The notes: generated by a model not told the origin, from the sequence alone. A stretch of DNA of 64,000 bases from an uncultured Acidobacteriota bacterium (GCA_913043225.1 CAJWLU010000001.1:267882-331881); one strand, 5' to 3'. Shown: positions 9,595-20,848, numbered from the stretch's first letter. Made by a program: numbers and translations.

Positions 9595-11163
9595 CTACCT
9601 TTCTGCGCCAGCGCCGTCCCTGGCCGGCGGCGCGGTGGCGGACGACATCTCCTGTAGCATCTCGCTGGCGGAAATGCCGGTCCAGCAGTGACCGCGACCG
9701 GCGCCATACTCGATCCGGACGTCGAGACCCGGACGCGAGGCGAGCCAGCCGTCAAGTAAGTGAACGGCATCCTCCAGGAAGTAGTCGTCCATCTCGCCCA
9801 CCCAAATGTTCAGCTTTCCCTTGAGCTGTGGCGCCAGCTGGTCCCAGCCCACCTCGAGCACCCGTCGCAGATCGTAGCGCTCCCACTGGCGCGCCACGGC
9901 TCGATCGAGACGACCGGTCACCGGATCCCACAGCGGCTGCGGCAGGCCATCCGGGCCGCGCGGCCCGTAGGCGGCGTTCCAGGCCCCCCACTGGCCTCCC
10001 GACATCGTCCAGCGGTCGCCCTCGCCCAGCACATTCTCGAGCCGGAGCTCATGACGCATGGTGAAGCGGATCTCGCCGTCACGCCCCCGGGCGCTCGCCA
10101 GGTCATCGCCGCGCGCGTCGAGATAGGCGCTGTCGTCGGCATAGATGTTCACCAGCTGGAACCCGCGGAAGTCGACGCTGTCCGGGCACGAGGCCCAGGC
10201 GCCGCCGAAATAGTCCGGGTAGAAGATCTGGAGCGCCAGCGAGACCCACCCCCCAGTCGAGCTTCCGTCGAGCACGCGCGATCCAGCACGACCCAGTCCC
10301 CGGAACCGCTCCTCGACATAGGGAATCAGCTCCTGGGTCACCGCATCGCCATACGGTCCGTTGTTCGCCGAGTTGACCTGATACGGATCCCCGAATGGTC
10401 CGGTCCCGTCGAGGTGCAGCAGGAGCATCTGCGGCGCATCATCAGCCATCCAGGCAGCTCGGAACGGATGGCCGGGACGCATCAGGCGGCGGATGGCCGT
10501 GTATCTGGCGCCGTAGCCCCCGGTTCGCACGCGGACGGGGTACTTCCGATCAGGCTCATCGTCATAGCGAACTGGCAGGATCACGCCTGCTCGCAGGTAG
10601 ATCGGCCGGCCGTGGAACGACGACAGCAGTTCGGAGCGGATCCGGACGTAGCGCAGCAGCCCATCGTCGGCAGGCAGGGTCTCAGGCGGAAGCTCCTGGT
10701 CCAAATGCAGGCGGATGACAGCACCGGCCTCAGCACCAAGAGTCACGGACACGGGCCGGCTATACTGGGTGCCCGGCGCCGTCGGCGAACGCAGGTCGCG
10801 GTTGGTGAGGAGCACCGCTTGTACGGCATAGGTTCCAGGTTCTAGGTCCTCAAGATCTTCCAGCGGAAACAGTGCTGACGTTCCATCGAGCGTCACCGTC
10901 TGCCCCGGCGTAAACCCCCGCACATCGCGACCAAGGATAGGTGAAGCGCCGGTCCCAGTCCTGCCGATCAACCGCCGCGGCTCCGGGTTACCTGCGGGTG
11001 CCAGCACCACCAGCAGCCGGCCGTCCGACTGCGGCGACATGGACACTTCGAGGGTGACCTCGAAGCGCGGGCCGGCTGGGGATTGGGCCTGGCTCTCGAC
11101 CGCGAGAGCGAACGCCGCGAGAGAGGTCGCAGCAAGAAACGAGAGGATCGACGCACGGCACAT
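9595..11163 (-). CDS. secreted alpha/beta-hydrolase, esterase (enterochelin-esterase/esterase-D-like)
   Basis: Met at 11163 gives the signal peptide MCRASILSFLAATSLAAFALAVESQA. The 50 extra codons of the tracked ORF look non-coding. GxSxG nucleophile elbow in DGSSTGGWVSLALQIFYPDYFGG, typical of the putative-esterase family. Confidence 0.7.
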   Translation of the reverse strand: MCRASILSFLAATSLAAFALAVESQAQSPAGPRFEVTLEVSMSPQSDGRLLVVLAPAGNPEPRRLIGRTGTGASPILGRDVRGFTPGQTVTLDGTSALFPLEDLEDLEPGTYAVQAVLLTNRDLRSPTAPGTQYSRPVSVTLGAEAGAVIRLHLDQELPPETLPADDGLLRYVRIRSELLSSFHGRPIYLRAGVILPVRYDDEPDRKYPVRVRTGGYGARYTAIRRLMRPGHPFRAAWMADDAPQMLLLHLDGTGPFGDPYQVNSANNGPYGDAVTQELIPYVEERFRGLGRAGSRVLDGSSTGGWVSLALQIFYPDYFGGAWASCPDSVDFRGFQLVNIYADDSAYLDARGDDLASARGRDGEIRFTMRHELRLENVLGEGDRWTMSGGQWGAWNAAYGPRGPDGLPQPLWDPVTGRLDRAVARQWERYDLRRVLEVGWDQLAPQLKGKLNIWVGEMDDYFLEDAVHLLDGWLASRPGLDVRIEYGAGRGHCWTGISASEMLQEMSSATAPPARDGAGAER

Positions 11164-11332
11164 AGAGCGAGTGTACTGGGCGACGTCGGCGCCGCTTTTT
11201 TGCCTTCGGACAAGCGTACACCACCAAAGGCGTTGACCGCCCGCCAGACGACATCGTCGGTACCCTGGCATGGAACGGCGCGGGCTGTTCCCGTAGAATG
11301 TGGAGTCGCTCAACTGACCTGGAGCCTGGTCG

Positions 11333-12337
11333 ATGTCTATTCACGTTACCCGACCCTCAGGCCGTCCCCTCGTGGGCGTCTGCTTCTTGGCCCTGGTGGC
11401 GCTCGTTGCCGCCTGTAGCCCACAAGGGTTGACGAGTCTCACACAGCGACTGTCGGTCGCCACGGGAGGCACCGGCGGCGTCTACTACCCGTACGGTGGC
11501 GGCGTTGCCCAGGTCATCAGCGATCATCTCGAGGGCGTAGAAGCGACCGCCGAGGTAACCGCGGGCACCGTCGACAACCTAAAGTTCATTGCCAACCGCG
11601 GCGCCGACCTCGCGTTCGCGCTGGCAGACACGCTCGACGACGCGGCCGCCGGTCGCAACGCCTTCGCCGAGTTCGGCGAGGTGCCAGCGCGCGCCATCGC
11701 CGTTCTCTACGACAACCTCAACCAGTTGGTGACACTCGAAGGTAAAGAGATCGAAACGGTCGGCGACCTGCGTGAGCGGATCATCTCGACGGGCGCCCCC
11801 GGGAGCGGCACTGAAGTCACGGCCCTGCGTATTCTGGCGTCCGCCGGGATCGACCCCGACGCCGACATTCGCCGACAAAGCCTCGGTGCAGCCCAGTCAG
11901 TTGATGCGCTGAAGGACGATAAGATAGACGCCTTCTTCTGGAGCGGCGGCATCCCGACCGGCTCTGTACTGGATCTCGCGTCGACCCCGGGACGCACTGT
12001 GAAGCTCGTCACCAACACGGACGCCATCGACTTCCTCCACGAGAACTATGGCCAGGTCTATCGACCGTCGACCATCTCGAGTCTCACCTATCCCGGCATG
12101 AGCGGCGACGTGGAGGCGATCGCGGTGGCGAACGTCCTCGTGGCCCACGCGGAGATGACTGACGAGCTGGCTTACCAGATCACGCAGGCGCTGTTCGAGC
12201 ACCACGACGAGCTGGCCGCGGTACACCCCGAGGCAGCCAAGCTGTCCATCGACACGGCGGTGACTGGATCGACCGTGCCGTTCCACCCCGGAGCGATCCG
12301 CTACTACGAGGAACAAGGCGCCTGGCCGGGGTCTTGA
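11333..12337 (+). CDS. TAXI-family TRAP transporter solute-binding protein
   Basis: Lipoprotein-like N-terminus (LALVALVAACSP). Hallmark TAXI motif ATGGTGGVYYPYGGGVAQVI and C-terminal VPFHPGAIRYYEEQG. Confidence 0.85.
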   Translation: MSIHVTRPSGRPLVGVCFLALVALVAACSPQGLTSLTQRLSVATGGTGGVYYPYGGGVAQVISDHLEGVEATAEVTAGTVDNLKFIANRGADLAFALADTLDDAAAGRNAFAEFGEVPARAIAVLYDNLNQLVTLEGKEIETVGDLRERIISTGAPGSGTEVTALRILASAGIDPDADIRRQSLGAAQSVDALKDDKIDAFFWSGGIPTGSVLDLASTPGRTVKLVTNTDAIDFLHENYGQVYRPSTISSLTYPGMSGDVEAIAVANVLVAHAEMTDELAYQITQALFEHHDELAAVHPEAAKLSIDTAVTGSTVPFHPGAIRYYEEQGAWPGS

Positions 12338-12525
12338 CTCGGTCCACGGGGGCCTAACGCTTCCCCCAGGCTTCCGGAGCCCACACTCTGTCTACAGAGC
12401 CCGTCCACCAAATCGATCCGCGAGACGACCCGGACGCCGAAGTCCCAACTCGGCAGCTCAGCGGCCTGTCCGAGTGGTTCGTTACCGCGCTCGCTGCCGG
12501 ACTCTCGCTCTATGCGCTGTACTGG

Positions 12526-14314
12526 GTGATCGGTATCGTCCAGCCGCAGGTCTACCGGGTTAGCTTTCTACTGATCACGTTGGTGCTGACCTTCGTGCTC
12601 TACCCTGCCATTCCGGCCTGGCGGGCCCGGGTCGGTTGGGGCGACTGGACCCTAGCACTTGTCTCGGTCCTGGTACTCGCTTGGCCCATCGTCGACTTCG
12701 AGAACTTCGTACGCCGAGCCGCCACCCCCAGCGAACTCGACATCCTGTTCGGCGTCGTCACGACACTTCTCGTGATGGAGGCGACACGCCGCACCGTCGG
12801 CTGGATCCTGCCGGTGACCGCCGCCGGGTTCCTGCTGTACGGCTACTACGGCCCCTATCTCGAACTCGTTGGGCTGGAGATCATGGCGCACCGCGGCTAC
12901 ACGGTGGGCCGGCTGGCCGGGACCTTGTACATGACCCTGGAAGGCATCTTCGGGGTACCGCTGAACGTCGCGTCGACCTACATCGTGCTGTTCACGATTT
13001 TCGGTGCCATGCTCCAGCATTCCGGAGCCGGGCAGTTCTTCATCAACTGGACGATGTCGGCCTTCGGACGATCGGCCAGCGGCGCTGGGCCCGGCCGCAC
13101 GGTCACCATGTCCGGTTTTCTACTCGGCACGGTGTCGGGAAGCGGCGTGGCCACCACGGTCACGCTGGGGGCAGTCGCGTGGCCCATGCTCCGGAGAGCC
13201 GGGTTCACCCCAGAGGTCGGCGGCGGGATTCTCTCGGCCAGTGGCATCGGGGCCATCATGGCCCCGCCGACAATGGGCGCGGCTGCCTTCCTGATCGCGG
13301 AATTCCTGCAGATCACCTATCTCCAGGTGATCCTGATGGCGATCGTGCCAGCGGTGCTTTACTACCTGTCTATCGTCCTGATGATCGAGGCCGACGCCAG
13401 GCGACTCGGCACCCAGGCAGTGAATGTCGACCTGCCGTCGGTGGGCGAGCTAACTCGGCGGTCCGGCTACCAATTCGTGCCGCTGATCTCGATCGTGGTC
13501 CTGTTGGTCTCCGGCATGACGCCATTCCGCGCGGTGTTCCTGGCCACGCTGATTGCCATAGCGCTCAGTTTCGTTCGCCGTGAGACGGCCCTCCGACCGG
13601 CGCGCCTGGTCACGGCGCTCGAAACCGGCGGCCGCGCCGTTCTGGCGGTTGCCTCCACCACGGCCACCGCTGGAATTATCGTGGGCGTCGTGACCCTGAC
13701 CGGTCTCGGTCTCAAGATCTCGAACATCATCGTCGACTTGGCCGGTGGCAACCTGTTCCTGACGGTGCTCTACGCGGCTGTGGCGGTCTGGATGCTGGGA
13801 CTGGCCGTGCCGGTGACCGCCTCCTACATCATCGCCGCGGTCATGATCGTGCCGGCGCTTACAACCATCGGAGTGCCCGAGGTAGCGGCGCACATGTTTA
13901 TTTTCTATTACGCGGTGCTCTCAGAGGTCAGCCCGCCCACAGCGCTCTCCCCATTCGCGGCTGCGGCCATCACCGGTGGGAACCCGTTCAAGACGATGAT
14001 GCTGACCTGGAAGTACACGCTTCCGGCCTTCCTCGTTCCGTTTGCCTTCACGCTGAGCCCGGAGGGGCTGGGCGTCCTGCTGCAAGCACCAGCCACCGAC
14101 ATTGTCGTGACAGTAGGCACGGCGGTAGTGGGGATCCTGGCCCTGGCCATGGGCCTCGGAGGCTGGCTCCGTCAGGAAGCGACCACGCTGGAGCGCACCG
14201 TGGCCACCATCGGCGGTCTGCTGCTTTTCTACGCCACGACCATCACCGACATCGCGGGAGCGGCGCTGTTCGTGTTCGCGATCGGGCTACACCTCGCGCG
14301 ACCCGTCAAATCCA

Positions 14315-14343
<29 letters not shown>
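12526..14343 (+). CDS. TRAP transporter fused permease (4TM/12TM fusion, TAXI-associated)
   Basis: 605-aa polytopic membrane protein immediately downstream of the TAXI receptor. The conserved N-terminal region appears to extend upstream of the tracked GVG-free GTG start at 12526 (see finding), so the 5' boundary is uncertain. Confidence 0.85.
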
Positions 14344-15991
<1,648 letters not shown>

Positions 15992-16097
15992 CGTGCGTGT
16001 TCTCGAAAAACAGGTGTCAGGAGACAGAAGACAGGAGCTTGCGGTAGAGTCACCACCAAGCCCGTCTCGTCGATGCGCGTGCCTCCCAGTCTATCGC

Positions 16098-17189
16098 ATG
16101 TCTGAAACGTCACCGTCGGCGTCTCCGTCGCCTGACGACCCGCCGGCGCCACGCGCCAAGCCGCGCCGGTCTCGCCGTCGCCCGGTCTGGGCGAGATGGC
16201 CGGACGAGAAACTGCTCGATGTCCGGATGTGCGATCTGGGCGTCAGCATCGAGGGCACTGCGGTCGAGCGCCGCATCAACGACCTCAACCGGGAGCTCGC
16301 AGCACGCGGGATCATCTTCCGTGCGCACTTCTGGATCGCGGATGAATGGTTCACGCCGGACGACGTTCCAGGTGTGGCGGTGCCCTTCTACCTCGTGCAC
16401 CCCCGGCTGGCGCAACTGGAGCTGGCGCAAATGCTGGAGGTAGAGGGCGGCTCCAAAGACTGGTGCCTGCGGATTCTGCGTCACGAGGTGGGCCACGCCA
16501 TCGATAACGCCTACCGGCTGCAACGGCGCCGCAGACGCCAGAAGCTCTTCGGGCTGTCGTCCACCCAGTATCCTGAGTACTACACGCCGCGCCCCTACAG
16601 TAAGAGCTTCGTACTCCACCTCGACTCGTGGTACGCACAGAGCCACCCGGACGAGGACTTCGCCGAAACGTTCGCAGTCTGGCTGAACCCCCGATCCGAC
16701 TGGCCCAGACGCTATGCGGACTGGCCGGCGCTGAAGAAGCTCGAGTACGTGGACCTGGTGATGCGCGAGATCGCCGGGACGGACCCGGTAGTCACCACGC
16801 GTCGGACGGTCGATTCCCTACCGAGCTTGCGCAAAACCCTACGGCAGCACTACCAGGAAAAGAGGCGTCGATTCGGACTCGACTACCCCAATTTCTACGA
16901 CCGTGACCTCCGGCGTCTGTTCTCGGACGCTCCCGAACATGCCGGCAACCTGACCGCGGCTCGGTTCCTGACGCGCGTGCGCCGGGACGTCCGGCGGCGG
17001 GTAGCGCGGTGGACTGGTGAGTACCAGTATCGGATCGACCAGGTCCTCAACGACATGATCGAGCGTTGCGACGCGATCCAACTGCACCTGGCCAACCCCG
17101 AAGACAGTAGCAAGCTCGACTTCATGGTGCTGCTGACCGTGCAGACGATGAACTACCTGCATGGCGGCCGCCATCGGATCGCTCTGTGA
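16098..17189 (+). CDS. putative zinc-binding metallopeptidase (uncharacterised zincin family)
   Basis: ATG at 16098 (MSETSPSASPSPDD...); upstream codons of the tracked ORF overlap the ettA promoter side. HExxH motif HEVGH at 16482-16496 within RILRHEVGHAIDNAY, plus HPDEDFAETFAVWL. Stop overlaps the next gene's start. Confidence 0.7.
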   Translation: MSETSPSASPSPDDPPAPRAKPRRSRRRPVWARWPDEKLLDVRMCDLGVSIEGTAVERRINDLNRELAARGIIFRAHFWIADEWFTPDDVPGVAVPFYLVHPRLAQLELAQMLEVEGGSKDWCLRILRHEVGHAIDNAYRLQRRRRRQKLFGLSSTQYPEYYTPRPYSKSFVLHLDSWYAQSHPDEDFAETFAVWLNPRSDWPRRYADWPALKKLEYVDLVMREIAGTDPVVTTRRTVDSLPSLRKTLRQHYQEKRRRFGLDYPNFYDRDLRRLFSDAPEHAGNLTAARFLTRVRRDVRRRVARWTGEYQYRIDQVLNDMIERCDAIQLHLANPEDSSKLDFMVLLTVQTMNYLHGGRHRIAL

Positions 17190-18208
17190 AGAAACTTCGA
17201 GTGCTCGCCCTGATGCACGACTACATGGTCCCTCCTGACGATGTCCAGGGGGTCGACGTGGTCAATGCACTCTGGAAAACTGAGTACGACGTCACGAACA
17301 CGCTGGCCGCGATGGGCCACGACGTCTATTCCCTTGGGCTCGCCGACGGGCTTGGCCCGATCCGAGACGCGATCGACGAGGTCCGCCCCCACCTCGCCTT
17401 CAACCTGATGGAGGCGTTCCACGAAGTCGGCACCTTCGACCAGAACGTGGTCAGCCATCTCGAGCTACTTCGGCTGCGTTACACCGGCTGCAACCCACGG
17501 GGGCTGATCCTCACGCGCGACAAGGCACTAGCCAAGAAGGTGCTCGCCTATGACGGCATCCCGGTGCCGGCGTTCGCGATCTTCCAGATCGGCCGCCTGG
17601 TGCGGCGCCCGACCCGGCTGCAATTTCCACTCATCGTCAAGTCCCTAACCCAAGACGCCTCGTTTGGAATCTCTCAGGCGTCGGTTGTCAACGACGACAT
17701 CAAGCTCCGTGAGCGGGTGCTCTACATCCACGAAAGCCTGGGTACCGACGCCATCGTGGAGCAGTACATCAAGGGGCGCGAGCTCTACGTGGGCGTTATC
17801 GGCAACGACCGGCTGCACGCCTATCCGGTGTGGGAGATGAAATTCACCAACATGCCTGAGGGCGCGCACCGGATCGCCACCGCCCGGGTAAAGTGGAGCA
17901 CAGCGTATCAACGCAAACACGGTATCCGCTGTGGCAAGGCGCGCCTGCCTCGTCCCGGATTGGAGGAGTATCTGCAGTTTCTCGCCAAGCGCGTGTATCA
18001 CCTGCTACAGATGAACGGCTACGGCCGGATTGACATCCGGTTAGATGAAGACGGACAACCGTGGGTGCTCGAAGCCAACGCCAACCCGCAGCTCGCCTAC
18101 GGCGAGGACTTAGCCGAATCAGCCCACCACGAGGGCGTCAGCTACGAAGCACTCCTGCAGCAAATCCTTAACGCCGGATTGCAGTGGAAAGCGGATCGGG
18201 CAGGCTAG
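17186..18208 (+). CDS. ATP-grasp ligase, D-alanine--D-alanine ligase-like family
   Basis: 340 aa with motifs KALAKKVLAYDGIPVP, PLIVKSLTQDASFGISQASVV, VEQYIKGRELYVGV and GRIDIRLDEDGQPWVLEANANP. GTG start overlaps the upstream stop (GTGA, 17186-17189). Confidence 0.85.
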   Translation: MKKLRVLALMHDYMVPPDDVQGVDVVNALWKTEYDVTNTLAAMGHDVYSLGLADGLGPIRDAIDEVRPHLAFNLMEAFHEVGTFDQNVVSHLELLRLRYTGCNPRGLILTRDKALAKKVLAYDGIPVPAFAIFQIGRLVRRPTRLQFPLIVKSLTQDASFGISQASVVNDDIKLRERVLYIHESLGTDAIVEQYIKGRELYVGVIGNDRLHAYPVWEMKFTNMPEGAHRIATARVKWSTAYQRKHGIRCGKARLPRPGLEEYLQFLAKRVYHLLQMNGYGRIDIRLDEDGQPWVLEANANPQLAYGEDLAESAHHEGVSYEALLQQILNAGLQWKADRAG

Positions 18209-18213
18209 GCGGA

Positions 18214-18930
18214 CTATTGGCTGGCGAGGATGAACTCGACCTCGGTAGTCTGGCCGGCCTCGACGGTCACTGTCTGAGGCACGGCGCCGAGCACCTCATG
18301 CCAGATCGTCACCTTGTGAGTCCCGGCCGGGACCTGCCCAATGAAAAACGCCCCCTCGGCGCCGCTCACTGCGCCGAGGTCGTTACTCACCACGATCCAG
18401 GCACGCATCCATCCATGTGAGTCGCACTCGATCCGTACGACGCCCGGACGGCGAAGCGGTCGATTGACCTCCATCCCCGAAAACGGCATGGCGATGTTGA
18501 AGTCCGTCCGTTGCCGATCGTCGTAAGAATGGGTGGAGTGCAACGTCTCGTCCTGGCTGGTCACCAGAAGCATGGACCGCGTGGGAGCAATCTGGACATG
18601 CGGCACGAACTGGCACCCGATATTGTCGATCTTCGGTGGCGCCACGCCCTCCGGCCACGCGACACCGACCAGTCGGATCACCGCATTAGCGACCCGCCCG
18701 TCTGCGTCGGCCACGATCTCCTCGTTCGGCACCGTGTCACCACACACGGCCTGATCGGCATTGACGCTGAGGACCGACGGGGCAGGAGGGTCCTCCATCC
18801 GCACGACGCCTCGGATGGTGCCCGTAGCCTGGACTTCGCCGGCCGTCACGCCGGCGGTTATCAGCGCACCTCCGATCAGGGCGACCGACAGCGTAAGACC
18901 GAGCCCTAAATGACGTGCCGCTCGCCTCAT
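18214..18930 (-). CDS. secreted cupredoxin-like protein with carboxypeptidase-regulatory-like beta-sandwich segments
   Basis: Signal/TM N-terminus. C-x2-H-x2-M motif CDSHGWM (18406-18426) with candidate upstream His in LHSTHS, matching the amicyanin-type type-1 Cu ligand spacing. C-terminal FFIGQVPAGTHKVTIWHE...VTVEAGQTTEVEF resembles CarboxypepD_reg. Confidence 0.6.
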   Translation of the reverse strand: MRRAARHLGLGLTLSVALIGGALITAGVTAGEVQATGTIRGVVRMEDPPAPSVLSVNADQAVCGDTVPNEEIVADADGRVANAVIRLVGVAWPEGVAPPKIDNIGCQFVPHVQIAPTRSMLLVTSQDETLHSTHSYDDRQRTDFNIAMPFSGMEVNRPLRRPGVVRIECDSHGWMRAWIVVSNDLGAVSGAEGAFFIGQVPAGTHKVTIWHEVLGAVPQTVTVEAGQTTEVEFILASQ

Positions 18931-18958
18931 GTCTCTCCTCTTCCTGACGTCGTTGGCC

Positions 18959-20824
18959 TCAGAGCCGAGGCACCCTGCCCGCCACCTTGGGCACCTCGAC
19001 CTTCTCCGGCTCGGGGGTGAAGTCCTCGCCGGGATTGATGAACTGATCCTGCTCGAAGCGGTATTGCGTATCGTGTAGCTCTCGATAGCGTCCGCCTGCT
19101 GCCAGTAGTTCGTGGTGGGTACCCCGCTCGACGATGCACCCCTTCTCGAGCACCAGGATCTGGTTGGCGCTCTGGATCGTCGACAGGCGGTGGGCGATCA
19201 CGAACGTGGTACGGCCCTGTCGCAGGGCACTCAGCCCGGCCTGGATCATCGCTTCGCTCTCGCTATCGAGGCTCGACGTCGCTTCATCCAGGATCAAGAT
19301 ACGAGGATCGGCAAGAATCGCCCGGGCAATCGCCACCCGCTGGCGCTGCCCACCGGAGAGCTTGACCCCACGCTCACCCACAATCGTGTCGTACCCTTCC
19401 GGAAACCCCTGAATAAACTCGTCACAGTGGGCGAGACGGCTCACCGCCTCGATTTCGGCCCGGGTGGCATGCCGGCGGGAGAAGCCGATGTTCGCGGCCA
19501 CCGACCCGTCGAACAGGAAATTCTCCTGCAGCACCACTCCGAGCTGGCTGCGATAGTCCGCAAGCTTCACGTCGGCGAGGTCGAGGCCATCCACCAGCAC
19601 CCGCCCCTGCTGGGGCCGGTTGAACGCCATAACCAGGCTCACCAGCGTACTCTTGCCGGAGCCGCTCGACCCGACCAGGGCGGTCGTGGTGCCCGCCTGG
19701 GCGGTTAGCGAAACATCCTCCAGTACTGGCACACCCTCGCTGTAGGCGAACGTCACACCGTCGACCTCGATGTCGCCGCGCAGAGCGTCAATCGACTGAC
19801 GCGACTCGTCCTCGTCGATCTCTGTGGCCGTGCCGAGGATCTCCCGAATGCGATCCAGGCCGGCAAACGCCTCAGTGATCTGGGTTCCGATCGACGCGAT
19901 CTGCACCACCGGTGCGACGACGACACCGGTGAAAACGAGGTACTGCAACATGTCGCCCACCGTCCAGAAGCCGTCGATGATAGCGCGACCGCCCACCACG
20001 ATCATCAATGCGCTTATTAGCCCGATGACGAGTGAGGCCGCCGAGGTGGTGGCCGACACCCCGGTCACACCCTTGGCGACGTTGCGCAATAGACGATGCA
20101 CGCCCTTAGCGAAGACGAGCTGCTCGCGCTTCTCGACACTGTAGGCCTTGATGATACGGACGCCGCCCAGTGTCTCGGCTAGCCTCCCGGTCACCTCCGC
20201 ATTGATCTTCCCGCGCTCCCGGAACAGCGGCCGCAGCTTCGAGAAACCCTTCGCCATGCCGACACCAAAGAAGACGAGAATCAGCAGTGTCAAGGTCGTG
20301 AGGCGCCAGTTCAAATAGAACAGGACGGCCATCCCGAGTGTCGCAGTCACGAGCCCGCCGGCGAGCTGCGCCAGCCCGGTGCCCACAAGGTTGCGAATAC
20401 CCTCGGCATCGCTCATCACCCGCGATATCAGGACCCCGGTCTGGGTAGAGTCGAAGTAGCCGACCGGCAGGCGCGTGATGTGCCGCTGGACACGCTTGCG
20501 CATCTCGGTGATGGCGCGCTGCGCAGCAACCCCGAGCACCTGTGACAGGGCGAAGCCGGTGCTGGCCTGCACCAGGGTCGCGCCCGCCGCCACCAGCGCC
20601 AGCGGCACCAACATCTCGGAACGGCCCTCGGCGATGACATCGTCGACGACGTAGCCGGACAGGCCGGGGAGCACCAGTCCGGCGAACCGGCTGACCAGCA
20701 TCAAAACCATCCCCAGCAGGAGCCGGTGTCGATGCTGCTGCACTAGCGCCCGGGCCTCGGCCCAGGCGACCGGCGTCACCAGAGGCTTCTTCGCCGTCGC
20801 CTTCTGAGGGGTATCGTCTGCCAT
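18959..20824 (-). CDS. ABC transporter permease/ATP-binding protein (ABCB/MsbA-like exporter)
   Basis: 6-TM domain followed by an NBD (GSSGSGKST, LSGGQRQRVAIARA, ILILDEATSSLD, AHRLSTI). Met at 20824 (MADDTPQKATAKKP...) preferred over the tracked 20899. Confidence 0.9.
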   Translation of the reverse strand: MADDTPQKATAKKPLVTPVAWAEARALVQQHRHRLLLGMVLMLVSRFAGLVLPGLSGYVVDDVIAEGRSEMLVPLALVAAGATLVQASTGFALSQVLGVAAQRAITEMRKRVQRHITRLPVGYFDSTQTGVLISRVMSDAEGIRNLVGTGLAQLAGGLVTATLGMAVLFYLNWRLTTLTLLILVFFGVGMAKGFSKLRPLFRERGKINAEVTGRLAETLGGVRIIKAYSVEKREQLVFAKGVHRLLRNVAKGVTGVSATTSAASLVIGLISALMIVVGGRAIIDGFWTVGDMLQYLVFTGVVVAPVVQIASIGTQITEAFAGLDRIREILGTATEIDEDESRQSIDALRGDIEVDGVTFAYSEGVPVLEDVSLTAQAGTTTALVGSSGSGKSTLVSLVMAFNRPQQGRVLVDGLDLADVKLADYRSQLGVVLQENFLFDGSVAANIGFSRRHATRAEIEAVSRLAHCDEFIQGFPEGYDTIVGERGVKLSGGQRQRVAIARAILADPRILILDEATSSLDSESEAMIQAGLSALRQGRTTFVIAHRLSTIQSANQILVLEKGCIVERGTHHELLAAGGRYRELHDTQYRFEQDQFINPGEDFTPEPEKVEVPKVAGRVPRL

Positions 20825-20848
20825 CGGCCGCCTTTGAGTACAGTATAG

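Noticed and set aside
9760-10845. 361-aa plus-strand ORF antisense to the esterase gene. Similar long shadow ORFs at 12636-13583, 31585-32553, 39141-40340, 44060-44953, 48319-49080, 49389-50213, 49984-50886, 56080-56940, 58513-59286, 59883-60713 and 62879-63940
   Set aside because: All overlap genes with clear family signatures on the other strand or frame. Their products are Arg/Pro/His-rich with no motifs. They are a high-GC artefact of stop-codon depletion.
11271-11299. Sigma70-like hexamers TGGAAC-17 nt-TAGAAT upstream of the TAXI receptor gene
   Set aside because: The -10 is plausible but the -35 match is poor, and promoter consensus for this lineage is unknown. It cannot be supported from sequence alone.
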